Shown piece by piece: positions 28,467 through 39,093 of a stretch of DNA of 64,000 bases (positions within the stretch are counted from its first letter, which is position 1; each line of letters starts with the position of its first letter). Source of the stretch: Alphaproteobacteria bacterium (GTDB lineage Bacteria > Pseudomonadota > Alphaproteobacteria > RUG11792); contig JAFUQI010000060.1 of NCBI GenBank assembly GCA_017481035.1, positions 159 to 64,158 on the forward strand, read 5' to 3'. Position numbers and translations under genes: made by a program. Under the pieces are notes generated by a model. It saw nothing but the letters and a program-made list of their open reading frames with translations, made no database searches and had not been told where the DNA came from.

Positions 28467-30947
28467 GAGTATATTAATATCAGGCGCAATTGTCGTAGGA
28501 GTCGTTGGATCTCTACAGCTTTCGTATATCCAAAAAAAGATTATAGGTTTTGCTGTAGGAAATCATGCTAAGATAGATTTTAAAAGCACAGAAGGTTTTT
28601 TCCCATTTTTATTCAAAGTAAATGGACTACGTATAGATGTAGACTCAACAAATATAGATATTGATTATGCTAATGTTAACTTGAGTAAACATCTTTTTAA
28701 TCTTAAAAGACTAGATATTGGATCTATAAATATACAGCAAGGCAAAAAAACTGATAGTATGCCTTTAGATTATATTTGCGCAATAATACCTGCTTTTAAT
28801 CAAAAGTTAGTCAAGAATTTTTCGATCAAAAAAATTAAGTCAGGAGAACTTGAGTTTTCTGATATAGAGTATAAGACTCAGAAAAAAACACACAATAGAT
28901 CATTGACAATGCTTACTCCATTTGGAAAAGCAGATGCAGCTTGGAGTTTCAAAAAAGGAGATGTTCAAGTCGATGCTGTATGTGGCACATTATTTAATTT
29001 AAAGCTTGATTACAATAATTCGAACAAAGCAGTTAACCTTGATGCAAAATATAATGGTTCTGAGTACAAAGCTGATGGTAAGCTTAAAAAATTTAAAGAA
29101 TTTGAGGGAAGCGTTAAAATTCCATTTTTTAAAGACGGGATTAAGACGAAGCTTTCGTTAAAGAAGGACGAAGTGTTTGCAGATATAACTCTTAAAGAAC
29201 CAAGCATTAATGGTAAGGTTTCTTATAATATCTCAAATTCAAAAATTATTGTTCAAAGTATCGATATACCTGAATATAAGGCAAAAGTTGCATCATTTTC
29301 TATTCCAGCTAATCAGAAGGTTCCTGAGCTAAAATTAAATTTTGAAAAAGGTTCTGTAATTGCAACAGATGTCTTTCTGGACATTGATAAATTTAATTTC
29401 GATAAACTAAAGATCATTGACGTTGCAATTGAACAGTTCGGAGATTTCGGAGTAACTGGACTTGTTAGCGGAACTGGGATATATCATGGAAATTATATGG
29501 ATCTTGATCTTGTCGCTAAAAATTGCAAATCACCTATAGGCAAGCTTCCAGAAGTCGATGTAAAAGCAATTTGTAAAAAGGATATTATAACTGCCGATGT
29601 AGAATTTGATTTCTTTATGAAACGTCATAGAGTGCGTATTGATATATCTGCAGATAACTGGATTCCGAATAAAGATAGCAAAATAAAACTTAATACAAAA
29701 GGAGCTTTGAATTTTTTGGGGAGCAAGATTTTTAAAAAAGGATTAATTAGCTATAACATTGGCGTTGGTGGATCTATTGCAAATCCTAGTGTATTAGGTA
29801 ATATAGATTTTAAGAATGGGATGTATGTAAATCCAGAGAATGGCGTTTATATAAAAGATATAACTGCTAATTGCGTGCTAAATAATAATGCAATTGTTAT
29901 AAAAAACATAAAAGCCTTCGATTGCTTTAAACAAAAAGGAAACGTAACAGGTAGCGGAAAAATATCTTTATCTGATTCGACTCTTGATACTGATATTTCT
30001 TTAAAAGTAGATAAGTTAAGACCAATAACTGTTCCATGGCTTGATGCAACGTTTTCTGGTAATTTATCATTACAAGGAGACATGTTCGGATCACTGAAAC
30101 TTGCTGGTTCCTTGTTTTCAGAAAAGCCAACAATAGATATAACTGGTCTTGTTATTTCGAATGTAAGGAATTTTGATATTGCACAACAGACATCAAAGAG
30201 TTATCTAAAAAAAAAAATTCATTTGAAGGTTTGAAAAAATATATATTTGATGTGCGTCTTGATATAAAAGATAACATGCAGATAAAGGGATTAGGCATTG
30301 ATAGCATATGGAATGGATCAGGCACGCTAACTGGTAGCTTCTATAACCCACGATATGATTCTAAGATAACTTTTAAAAAAGGTACATTTAAGCTTACAGA
30401 CGCATCCTTTAAGCTAAAGAGAGGCGAGATGATATTTGACTCGGATGGACAGAATATAGATGTATCTGCTGAAAAGAAAATTGATTCAATAATCGTTGGA
30501 GCAAGACTAACTCAAAATAAAAGCAGAACATCTAATGTTAAGTTTTATTCAACTCCGTATATGAGTCAAAGAGATATATTGTCTTATATTCTTTTTGACA
30601 AGAATGCAACAGATATATCGATGAGTGAAAGTATGGCTCTCTTTTCCATTATGGGCAAGCTAACGAATGCAACAGCTGGATTTAGCCTTGTAGATAAGAT
30701 CAAAGATGTTTTCGGTATTGATTCAGTAACGATCAAAAAAAATACAAGTGTTAAAAATGGAGAATATAATGCATTAAGTATCGGAAAGAAGATAGGAAAG
30801 CTAAACATATCTGTTGATCAAGGATCTGCAAAAGATACAACCAATGTTGCGATTGACGCAAAGATTGCTAAGAACGTAAAGGTATCAGTTGATATGTCAG
30901 GAAAAAACTCTGTTGGGGCAGGAATACTATGGAGCAAAAGATATTAA
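28444..30947 (+). pseudogene. tamB: TamB-like translocation/assembly module protein, split by a frameshift at an A11 tract
   Basis: The N-terminal ORF (596 aa, TM anchor) and the C-terminal ORF (238 aa, DUF490-like ending GAGILWSKRY) abut at 30231-30234. The frames can be joined across the A run at 30207-30217. Confidence 0.6.
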
Positions 30948-32890
30948 AATATCAAATAGCAACTACAAGGGATCTTGATGATTTATATACGTATTCATCT
31001 GATATTGAACTTAATGTAGGGCAACTTGTCATAATTGAATTTAGAAGAAGTGAGACAATAGGAGTTGTTGTATCTATAGGCTCTGATTATGACGGAGAGA
31101 TAAAAAGTATATCAGCATTGCTTCCGTATCAAATGTTAGAAACATATGTTGAATTTGCTAAGTTTGTATCGAAATATACACTAATAAAACTAGGCAGTGT
31201 TTTTAAGCTGTTCCTGCCATTTTCTATTGATTTGGTGCTTAGACCAGAAAAAGATATAAGACCGATAAAATCAACAAAAGACGATGCGATTATTCTAAGC
31301 GAAAGTCAAAAAGATGTTGCTGATGAATTTCAGAACTTCATAGGTTCATATAAGACTATTTTGCTGCATGGTATAACAGGATCTGGTAAGACTGCTGTTT
31401 TTATTGAATGTGCAAAGCTTGCCATGCGAGATCATAATAGTCAAATTTTAATATTAGTTCCTGAAGTAGCTCTATCTTCAGAGCTTGCAAAGATAGCTGC
31501 TTCAAAACTTAATGCTGATGTTTTTATATGGCACAATTCAATAACTCCTGCACGAAAGTTAGCTATATGGAAGAAGGCAATCAATGGAGATCCTATAGTT
31601 ATCGTTGGGGCAAGATCAGCTCTTTTCATACCGTTTTCTAATCTTAGGTGTATAGTAATCGATGAGGAACATGACGGATCTTTTAAACAAAATGAAGGAT
31701 CAATATATAACGCAAGAGATATGGCAGTTTGTTTAGCCTCAAAACTTGATATACCAATTATATTGTCTTCTGCCACGCCTTCTATTGAGTCATATAATAA
31801 TGCTATGTCTGGGAAATATATCTATCAAAAGCTTGATTCACGTTTCCATAAAAATGCAAGCTTGCCAAAGACAATTATCTATGATTTAAGAAAAGAGAAA
31901 AACATAAAAGGAATATTAAGCTCACTAGCAATTTCAGAGATAAACGAATGCCTTAATAAAGGCTTGCAAAGCTTGATATTCGTAAACAGACGAGGACATA
32001 CTCCCAAAATACTATGCAAGTCATGCGGATGGAAGGTTGAGTGTCCTGGGTGTTCTGCTTGGCTTTGTTATCATCGTAATACAAATGAGTTCGTTTGCCA
32101 TTATTGCGGTTTTAGAACAAAAGCTAAAAACGAATGTCATGAGTGTGGAAAACAAGACCTTATAGGAATTGGGTCTGGAATCGAAAAAGCAGAACAAGAA
32201 TGCAAAGAGCTTTTTCCGAACGCTCGAATTCTGACCTTATCAAGCGATACTATTAATACGCCACAAAAAATATCAAGAGCTATTGAGGCTATTAAGAACA
32301 ATGAAGTAGATATAATATTGGGCACACAAATTGTATCAAAGGGACATAATTTTAATAGCTTAAGTTTAGTTATTATAACGTGTATAGATGCCATGCTTTA
32401 TGGAGATGACTTTAGATCTCTTGAGAAGACTTTTCAGCTAGTTCATCAGGTATCTGGAAGGGCAGGGCGTATAGGTAATATACATGGTAAAGTTATAATT
32501 CAAACATATAATCCAGACGATAAAATTATGCATATAATTTCAAACAATAATATTTCAGATGTTTATGAAATTGAAATGATAAATAGAAAGCGTCTTGGTA
32601 TGCCTCCATTCGCGAAAATTGCATCAATTACATTATCTTCATTTAATGAACAGTTTCTTTTAAAGTTCTCAAATAAACTAGCAGCTGATCTTCCAAAAAT
32701 AAAAGGCTTAAAAATATTGGGTCCGATTCAGCCAGCTATATATAAAATCAAATCTCGATATCGCCAAAGAATTATTCTTTTAACACAAAGTGTTTCTTTG
32801 CAAAAATATATTAAATCAACATTAGGAAAGTTCAAGGTTCCTAAAGATATAAAATTAACTATAGATATTGATCCGTACGACTTTATGTAA
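30929..32890 (+). CDS. priA: Primosomal replication protein N' (PriA helicase)
   Basis: 653 aa. Has Walker A GITGSGKT, a DEEHD box, and the Cys cluster CKSCGW..CPGC..CHYCG..CHECG. Confidence 0.9.
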   Translation: MEQKILKYQIATTRDLDDLYTYSSDIELNVGQLVIIEFRRSETIGVVVSIGSDYDGEIKSISALLPYQMLETYVEFAKFVSKYTLIKLGSVFKLFLPFSIDLVLRPEKDIRPIKSTKDDAIILSESQKDVADEFQNFIGSYKTILLHGITGSGKTAVFIECAKLAMRDHNSQILILVPEVALSSELAKIAASKLNADVFIWHNSITPARKLAIWKKAINGDPIVIVGARSALFIPFSNLRCIVIDEEHDGSFKQNEGSIYNARDMAVCLASKLDIPIILSSATPSIESYNNAMSGKYIYQKLDSRFHKNASLPKTIIYDLRKEKNIKGILSSLAISEINECLNKGLQSLIFVNRRGHTPKILCKSCGWKVECPGCSAWLCYHRNTNEFVCHYCGFRTKAKNECHECGKQDLIGIGSGIEKAEQECKELFPNARILTLSSDTINTPQKISRAIEAIKNNEVDIILGTQIVSKGHNFNSLSLVIITCIDAMLYGDDFRSLEKTFQLVHQVSGRAGRIGNIHGKVIIQTYNPDDKIMHIISNNNISDVYEIEMINRKRLGMPPFAKIASITLSSFNEQFLLKFSNKLAADLPKIKGLKILGPIQPAIYKIKSRYRQRIILLTQSVSLQKYIKSTLGKFKVPKDIKLTIDIDPYDFM

Positions 32891-32931
32891 ATATGTTATA
32901 ATCAATTTGCCTTGAAAACGAATTAGTAATT

Positions 32932-33798
32932 ATGGATGGAATAGTAATAATAGACAAACCTGAAGGACGTTCTTCTGGTTTTGTTGATATGGTTTGCAAA
33001 AAAATATTTCAAACAAAAAAGATAGGACATATAGGAACTTTGGATCCATTTGCAACAGGAGTTCTGGCTATAGCTGTAAATAGTGGGACTAAAGCGATTC
33101 CTTATATAAATCAAGCTAGTAAGATATATGAATTTGAAATACAATTTGGAACAAGAACTGATACCGGTGATAAAACAGGTACCGTTATTGAGGTTTCAGA
33201 TCGTATTCCAACAGAAACGAATATTATAAAATCAATTAAAAAGTTTGTTGGAGAAATCGAACAGATTCCTCCAATATATTCAGCAATAAAAATTAATGGA
33301 CAACCTGCTTACAAGCTAGCTCGGAGTGGAATATTACCAAATATCAAGAAACGCATAGTTTGTATAAGAAGCCTTGAATTATTATCATTTACAAGATGTA
33401 TAGCAAAGTTTGTCGCGGAAGTTTCAGCTGGAACTTATATAAGGACATTAGCAGAGGATATAGCAAAATCAACAGGAACTGTTGGACACACGTTGTCCTT
33501 ACGAAGACTTAAGGACGGAAAGTTCGATGTAAAACAAGCTATCCCACTTGACAGCCTTAGAGATTTTCAGGATAATTTAGATAGCGTTTTGATTCCGCTA
33601 GAAGATGTACTAGACGACATCCCTGTTATCTTCATATCGTGTCAAAATGCAGAAGACCTATCTTTCGGTCGTGATATACGTGTGTCTGATAAGTTTGTTG
33701 ACGGACTATATCTGGCAAAGTCAGATAGTGGTTTTCTATGTATAGGGTATGTTGAAACTTTTGTTTTTAGCCCTAAAAGATTATTAAGAAAAAAATAA
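32932..33798 (+). CDS. truB: tRNA pseudouridine-55 synthase
   Basis: 288 aa. Has the catalytic motif GHIGTLDPFATG. Confidence 0.9.
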   Translation: MDGIVIIDKPEGRSSGFVDMVCKKIFQTKKIGHIGTLDPFATGVLAIAVNSGTKAIPYINQASKIYEFEIQFGTRTDTGDKTGTVIEVSDRIPTETNIIKSIKKFVGEIEQIPPIYSAIKINGQPAYKLARSGILPNIKKRIVCIRSLELLSFTRCIAKFVAEVSAGTYIRTLAEDIAKSTGTVGHTLSLRRLKDGKFDVKQAIPLDSLRDFQDNLDSVLIPLEDVLDDIPVIFISCQNAEDLSFGRDIRVSDKFVDGLYLAKSDSGFLCIGYVETFVFSPKRLLRKK

Positions 33799-33815
33799 AT
33801 TGAAAGGAGTTTAAG

Positions 33816-34085
33816 ATGTCGATCACAGCAGAAAGAAAAATAGAAATAATTAAAGAGTACGCATTACATGAGGGTGATGTTGGTTCTCCAGAGGTTCAGG
33901 TTGCAATTTTGACAGAACGCATTAAAAATTTAACAGAACATATGGCTATTCATAAAAAAGATTTTCATACAAGACGTGGTCTATTAGTCCTTGTCGGGAA
34001 GAGAAGAAGCTTATTGGATTACCTAAAGAAAGTAAGTGATGCTAGATATCAAGATCTAATTAAACGTTTAGGTCTAAGAAAATAA
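33816..34085 (+). CDS. rpsO: 30S ribosomal protein S15
   Basis: 89 aa. Contains [17 protein letters not shown]...[11 protein letters not shown]. Confidence 0.95.
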   Translation: MSITAERKIEIIKEYALHEGDVGSPEVQVAILTERIKNLTEHMAIHKKDFHTRRGLLVLVGKRRSLLDYLKKVSDARYQDLIKRLGLRK

Positions 34086-34096
34086 TAGTCATAAAT

Positions 34097-34119
34097 AGAG
34101 GGATTCCCCTCTTTTTTTA
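34097..34119 (+). terminator. Rho-independent terminator after rpsO
   Basis: AGAGGG-attc-CCCTCT followed by a T7 run. Confidence 0.65.
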
Positions 34120-34137
34120 GGAGTTTCTATAAGAAAA

Positions 34138-35091
34138 ATGGGTATAGCATTTATATTCCCTGGGCAAGGTTCGCAGAAGGTTGGAATGGCTTCTGTATTC
34201 ACTAACGCATTTAAAACTGGACATGAAACGCTTCAAGAAATAGAGGATGCCGTTTCTATAAAAATTTCAGATGTTATAGAAAATGGACCAATAGAAGAAT
34301 TGACAAAAACACAAAATGCACAACTTGCAATTTTTGCCGTTAGCATGATTTGTTTTCGAGTTTTAGAAAGAGAGTTCGGACTTGATGCTTCTAATAGTTG
34401 TAACTATCTAGCAGGACATTCGCTAGGAGAATACTCCGCATTGTGTGCGTCAGGTTGCATAGATTTGCAATCATGCGCTAAACTTGTGCGGTTTAGAGGA
34501 GAGCTAATGGCTAATGCTTTTCCAGATACTTCTGACTGTGCAATGGCCGCCGTTATTGGTCTAAAAATTGAAGATATGGAAGACATAGTGGAACAATACT
34601 CAACTGGAGAAAGGATATGTGTTATAGCAAACGATAATTCTTCTTCTCAAGTTGTATTAAGTGGACATAAGGATAAAGTTTTGGAAGCTGGAGATAAATT
34701 AAAACAAGAAAGAGGAGCATTCAAAGTTATACAGCTGAATACCAGTGGCCCATTTCATAGTCCTTTAATGACAAAGGCAATGATTGAACTTGATGACTAT
34801 ATATCAAGTAATATAACTTTTAATAAATTAAAGGTACCTGTGATAATGAACATTGTGGGTAAGCAGATTACTGATTCATCAGAAATTCATGCTTTACTAT
34901 TAAATCAGATCACTGGAAGAGTTCAGTGGCGAAAGACTATGGATATTATTTTAAACGATAAAAATGTTGATAAAATAGTCGAAGTCGCTCCAGGAAAAGT
35001 TTTGTCGTCAATGGCGAAGAGAGATTATCCAGAAAGAGATTTTGTTAATTTAGAATCTATATCACAAATAGAGGCTTTTATGAAAGGATAG
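34138..35091 (+). CDS. fabD: Malonyl-CoA:ACP transacylase
   Basis: 317 aa. Carries FPGQGSQ and the active-site motif GHSLGEYSAL. Confidence 0.9.
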   Translation: MGIAFIFPGQGSQKVGMASVFTNAFKTGHETLQEIEDAVSIKISDVIENGPIEELTKTQNAQLAIFAVSMICFRVLEREFGLDASNSCNYLAGHSLGEYSALCASGCIDLQSCAKLVRFRGELMANAFPDTSDCAMAAVIGLKIEDMEDIVEQYSTGERICVIANDNSSSQVVLSGHKDKVLEAGDKLKQERGAFKVIQLNTSGPFHSPLMTKAMIELDDYISSNITFNKLKVPVIMNIVGKQITDSSEIHALLLNQITGRVQWRKTMDIILNDKNVDKIVEVAPGKVLSSMAKRDYPERDFVNLESISQIEAFMKG

Positions 35092-35095
35092 GTAT

Positions 35096-35860
35096 ATGAC
35101 TTGCAATTACTTGAAACCATTAGAAGGAAAAAGAGCATTAATTACAGGTGGAGCTGGTGCTATCGGCCGTGCTACATCTGTTATCATGGCAAATAAAGGA
35201 GCAGAGCTTGTTCTTGTTGATATCAATCAAGAATCATTAGAAAGGGCACAGGCAGAAATACATCAAAAGACTGGGACAACCGCAGGAATCATCAAGTGTG
35301 ATCTTTCAAATACCGAAGAAACTAAAGAATTGTTTTCAAAGGCAGAATCCGAGTATGGAGATATAGATATTCTTGTCAATAATGCAGGGATTGACAGAGA
35401 TAAGCTTTTTATGAGAATGACTGAAGAGGATCTTGAGATAGTAATGAATGTCAATCTTCGGGCAGCATTTACGCTTTCAAGGACGGCTGTTATGTCAATG
35501 TCTAAGCGCAAGTACGGGCGTATTATAAATATATCGTCAGTTGTTGGATATATGGGAAATCCAGGACAGGCAAATTATTGTGCAAGTAAGGCAGCTATTG
35601 TTGGAATGTCAAAGGCTATAGCACTTGAATATGCAAAACGTGGAATTACAGTGAACTGTATAGCTCCTGGAGCTATAAGAACTCCAATGACGGACGTATT
35701 AAGTGATACAGCAAAGGAGAATTTTTTAAACAAGATTCCTATGGGATATATGGCAGAACCTGAAGAAATTGGTTATGCTATAAGCTTCTTGGCATCAAGT
35801 GAGGCGTCATATATAACAGGACAAACACTTCATGTAAATGGAGGAATGTATACAATATGA
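35096..35860 (+). CDS. fabG: 3-oxoacyl-ACP reductase
   Basis: 254 aa SDR. Has TGGAGAIG, NNAG and YCASKAA. Confidence 0.85.
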   Translation: MTCNYLKPLEGKRALITGGAGAIGRATSVIMANKGAELVLVDINQESLERAQAEIHQKTGTTAGIIKCDLSNTEETKELFSKAESEYGDIDILVNNAGIDRDKLFMRMTEEDLEIVMNVNLRAAFTLSRTAVMSMSKRKYGRIINISSVVGYMGNPGQANYCASKAAIVGMSKAIALEYAKRGITVNCIAPGAIRTPMTDVLSDTAKENFLNKIPMGYMAEPEEIGYAISFLASSEASYITGQTLHVNGGMYTI

Positions 35861-36762
35861 TAAAAGATGTTGTTATCATAGGCTCAGGACCAGCAGGTTT
35901 AACTTGTGCTATATATACAGCGCGTGCTGGTAGATCAACTTATATTATCGCCGGAAACAATCCTGGTGGACAGTTGGTCAATACAGATATGATTGAAAAC
36001 TTTCCTGGCTTTGAATCTATACGAGGTTCTGATCTTATGATGACAATGATCTCACAAGCCGAAAAGCTTGGAGCAAAATTTATATATGAAACAGCAGCAT
36101 CAGTTTCAAAGGATAATGATCTGTTTCATATTACTTTGTCATCAGGAGAGGAATTGATTGCCAGAACAGTCTTGGTCGCAACAGGTGCTAAGCATAAACA
36201 TCTTGGAGTTTCAGGAGAGGCCGAATTTACTAATAAGGGAGTTTCTTGGTGTGCGACATGTGATGGACCTATGTATCGCGACAAAACAGTAGCAGTAGTT
36301 GGTGGTGGGAATACAGCAGTCATGGAGGCAATATTCCTTTCAAACTTTGCAAAGCAAGTTTTTTTAATACATAGAAGGGATACACTTAGAGCTGAGAAGG
36401 TTAATCAAATCAAGTTGCTTGATAATCAAAAGATTCGTTGCATTTGGAATTCAGAAATAGTCGAAATAAACGGATCTGAAAAATTAGAATCAATCAAATT
36501 AAAAAACAATATAACAAAAGAAATACAAGATATAAATATAGAAGGTTTGTTTATAGCAATAGGTACAATCCCTTCAACTGATTTTTTAGCCAATATAATT
36601 GACACAGATAGTGAAGGGTATATAATAACAGAACATATTGCGACGAATGTACAAGGACTTTTTGCAGCAGGTGATGTTGTAAGTGGTTCTTTAAAGCAGG
36701 CCGTATACGCAGCAGGGCAGGGTGCAGCAGCTGCAAAACAGATCGAAGAATATATAGGCTAA
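35857..36762 (+). CDS. trxB: Thioredoxin reductase
   Basis: 301 aa. Has GSGPAG, the redox motif CATCDG, and GGGNTA. Confidence 0.9.
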   Translation: MIKDVVIIGSGPAGLTCAIYTARAGRSTYIIAGNNPGGQLVNTDMIENFPGFESIRGSDLMMTMISQAEKLGAKFIYETAASVSKDNDLFHITLSSGEELIARTVLVATGAKHKHLGVSGEAEFTNKGVSWCATCDGPMYRDKTVAVVGGGNTAVMEAIFLSNFAKQVFLIHRRDTLRAEKVNQIKLLDNQKIRCIWNSEIVEINGSEKLESIKLKNNITKEIQDINIEGLFIAIGTIPSTDFLANIIDTDSEGYIITEHIATNVQGLFAAGDVVSGSLKQAVYAAGQGAAAAKQIEEYIG

Positions 36763-36768
36763 GGTTTT

Positions 36769-37857
36769 ATGACTCCTCAGGATTTAAGGAATATAGACGT
36801 AATTGAAAATTCAATAAAGCATATAAAAAACTTTATTAATTTTGATGATATATCTACTAAATTAGCAGGTCTCAAAGTAAAGTCAGAAGCTCCAGATTTT
36901 TGGGATAACTCGGAATCAGCTGTAAAGATTATGAAAGAGATAGACAGGATTAAAACTTTGCTTGATCCTGTCGAGTATCTTGAAAAAACTCTGAAAGATA
37001 TGCAAGGGATGATAGAGCTTGCGGAACTTGAATCTGATGAATCTTTGATTAAAGAGTTATCAGACGAACTTCAGAAGCTAGCAGAAAAATCTGTTTCATT
37101 ACAGATCGAATCAATCCTAAGTGATAAGCATGATGCAGCAAATTGTTTTATTGAAATTAATGCTGGCGCTGGTGGCACAGAAGCTCAGGATTGGGCGGAA
37201 ATGCTTGCAAGGATGTATGCGAGATGGTCAGAAAAGAAAGGCTATAGTTTAGAGATAACAGATAAGAATGATGGTGATGAAGCTGGAGTTAAGTCTATAA
37301 CAATGCATATCAAAGGAAACAAAGCATATGGATGGCTTAAGAAAGAATCAGGAGTCCACAGACTTGTCAGGATCTCACCATTCGACTCAAATGCAAGGCG
37401 TCATACAAGCTTTGCTTCCGTGTTTGTATCCCCTGAAATTGATCAGGAAATTGAAATAGAAATCAACGATAGCGATTTACGTATTGACGTTTATAGGGCT
37501 TCAGGTGCAGGAGGCCAACATGTTAATAAAACCGAAAGTGCAGTTCGTATCACCCACATTCCTTCAGGTATAGTAACGGCATCTCAGATAGACAGGTCTC
37601 AACATAGAAACAGAGAAATAGCTATGAATATGCTAAAATCAAAATTATATGCAATGAAGCTGAAAGAACAAGAAGATGCAGCTAATGCTAATACAAACAA
37701 AACAGATATAGCTTGGGGGAACCAAATAAGATCATATGTTCTTCAACCATATCAAATGGTTAAAGACACCCGTACAGGCGTTGAAAAAGGAAATGCAGCT
37801 GCTGTTTTGGATGGAGAAATACAAGAGTTTTTAGAAGCAGCAGTCGCTAATTGCTAA
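36769..37857 (+). CDS. prfB: Peptide chain release factor 2 (single ORF, no programmed frameshift)
   Basis: 362 aa. Has the SPF tripeptide (RISPFDS) and the GGQ motif (SGAGGQHVNKTESAVR). Confidence 0.9.
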   Translation: MTPQDLRNIDVIENSIKHIKNFINFDDISTKLAGLKVKSEAPDFWDNSESAVKIMKEIDRIKTLLDPVEYLEKTLKDMQGMIELAELESDESLIKELSDELQKLAEKSVSLQIESILSDKHDAANCFIEINAGAGGTEAQDWAEMLARMYARWSEKKGYSLEITDKNDGDEAGVKSITMHIKGNKAYGWLKKESGVHRLVRISPFDSNARRHTSFASVFVSPEIDQEIEIEINDSDLRIDVYRASGAGGQHVNKTESAVRITHIPSGIVTASQIDRSQHRNREIAMNMLKSKLYAMKLKEQEDAANANTNKTDIAWGNQIRSYVLQPYQMVKDTRTGVEKGNAAAVLDGEIQEFLEAAVANC

Positions 37858-38224
37858 CGGATAACGGCATGGATACGCACTATAATACCCAAAAAGTTTT
37901 AGCAAGAAGAAAAACAATTATTGTAGCGGCACTATTACAGTAAACACATATAATTATGTAAATACAATATTAACACACCTAATTATTAATATTTTTGTTA
38001 TAATTGGTATAACTATACCTTTTCTTGTTAACGTTATTGATAATGCCAAGTTGATCAGGGCATTGACGATCATATTAATATTACGTAAATAGTGATCGCG
38101 TAATGATATCAATTGCGTAAAATTCATGCAATTATATGTTTTTTAAAAGATTTAGATTATGATGCTACATATACAATTACTCTTATTACAGCACGCTAGT
38201 TATTTTGCACAGAATTAACAAGAA

Positions 38225-38328
38225 CAAGTAGAATCATTATAGTTATACTAATTAAAAGTACATTGCTCCAAGGCAAGCAGCTGGAATTATGCAATGCGCA
38301 GCCTGCTTAAATATCTCATTATACTAAT
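38225..38328 (+). repeat. Intergenic element of about 105 bp, copy 2
   Basis: caagtagaatcattatagttatactaat...aaGGCAAGCAGCTGgaattatgcaatgcGCAGCCTGCTTaaat...attatactaa aligns with 22151-22258. Confidence 0.75.
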
Positions 38329-38452
38329 ACACATTTAATTTTATATTTATATATTGCTGTAATTGTGCCACTATAGCAACTAGCTTTATTTTTAATGTTT
38401 GTCGATAATTATGTTATACTGTATATAAATAGTATTCAACAATACAATTAAC

Positions 38453-38995
38453 ATGTCACAAAAAGAACGATTTATATGTTACGATATTATTGTTGGTATA
38501 GCTGTAATAGGATATCTCGAGATATTACAAATTTATTAGATATCAATACGCAAGATCATATTAATAAATGTTTTCTAAAACAACAGGGCGATGTTGATAA
38601 AGTTATTAAATCATTAGTCGCATCAGGTATTAATATGTCATCTATAACGTATTCTAAGAGTCTGGGAGACTGGAGTAAAGGTAAGACCATCGATTCAACA
38701 ATAGTTGTTAGAACAAAGAACCTTAAGTTCTTAGATACACTTGATTTGCCAATTAGTAATGCAAGTGTTTCTAGATTTGATTATGATTATTCTGATTCTG
38801 AAAAACTAATAGAATCATTAGAAGAAAGAGCAACTGATGATGCACAGCATATCTAAATTAGCATTAGAAAAGAATGTCATTATCGATTACATAAAAGATT
38901 ATCATATCTATCAATTTCAAAGCTCATTAAAAAACTTACAAGACGGTAACATAAAATATACAGTTAATGTATATATGCGCAAACATATTAGGTAA
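38453..38995 (+). pseudogene. Degraded SIMPL/DUF541-like periplasmic protein gene spread over three reading frames
   Basis: A TM-anchor peptide (MSQKERFICYDIIVGIAVIGYLEILQIY*, 38453-38539) lies in one frame. The 126-aa ORF lies in a second frame and ends ...EERATDDAQHI*. A third frame continues SKLALEKNVIIDYIKDY...GNIKYTVNVYMRKHIR* to 38995. Confidence 0.45.
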
Positions 38996-39009
38996 CATTT
39001 TCATAAACT

Positions 39010-39058
39010 TTTATGGGAGTTTTTAATTTTTGACAACATTTAAGTATGTAGGTTAACA
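39010..39058 (+). promoter_or_regulatory. Copy 2 of the TTTATGGGAGT-N9-TTGACA-N17-TTAACA upstream element (before tkt)
   Basis: The box is at 39010-39020, TTGACA at 39030-39035 and TTAACA at 39053-39058. The ATG at 39094 is 35 nt further on. Confidence 0.6.
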
Positions 39059-39093
39059 TATTGATATACCAATAAACAGATTATAAATATATT

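Noticed and set aside
36769-36860. Programmed +1 frameshift site in prfB
   Set aside because: The RF2 ORF is continuous from its ATG, and no CTT-TGA-C site is present. Frameshift-less prfB genes are known, so this is not anomalous.
39036-39058. CtrA box (TTAA-N7-TTAAC) or RpoH-type promoter on the opposite strand as an explanation for the conserved upstream element
   Set aside because: The TTAA spacing to TTAAC is N9 in one copy, N6 in another and absent in a third. The reverse-strand CCCAT reading would direct transcription away from all four genes.
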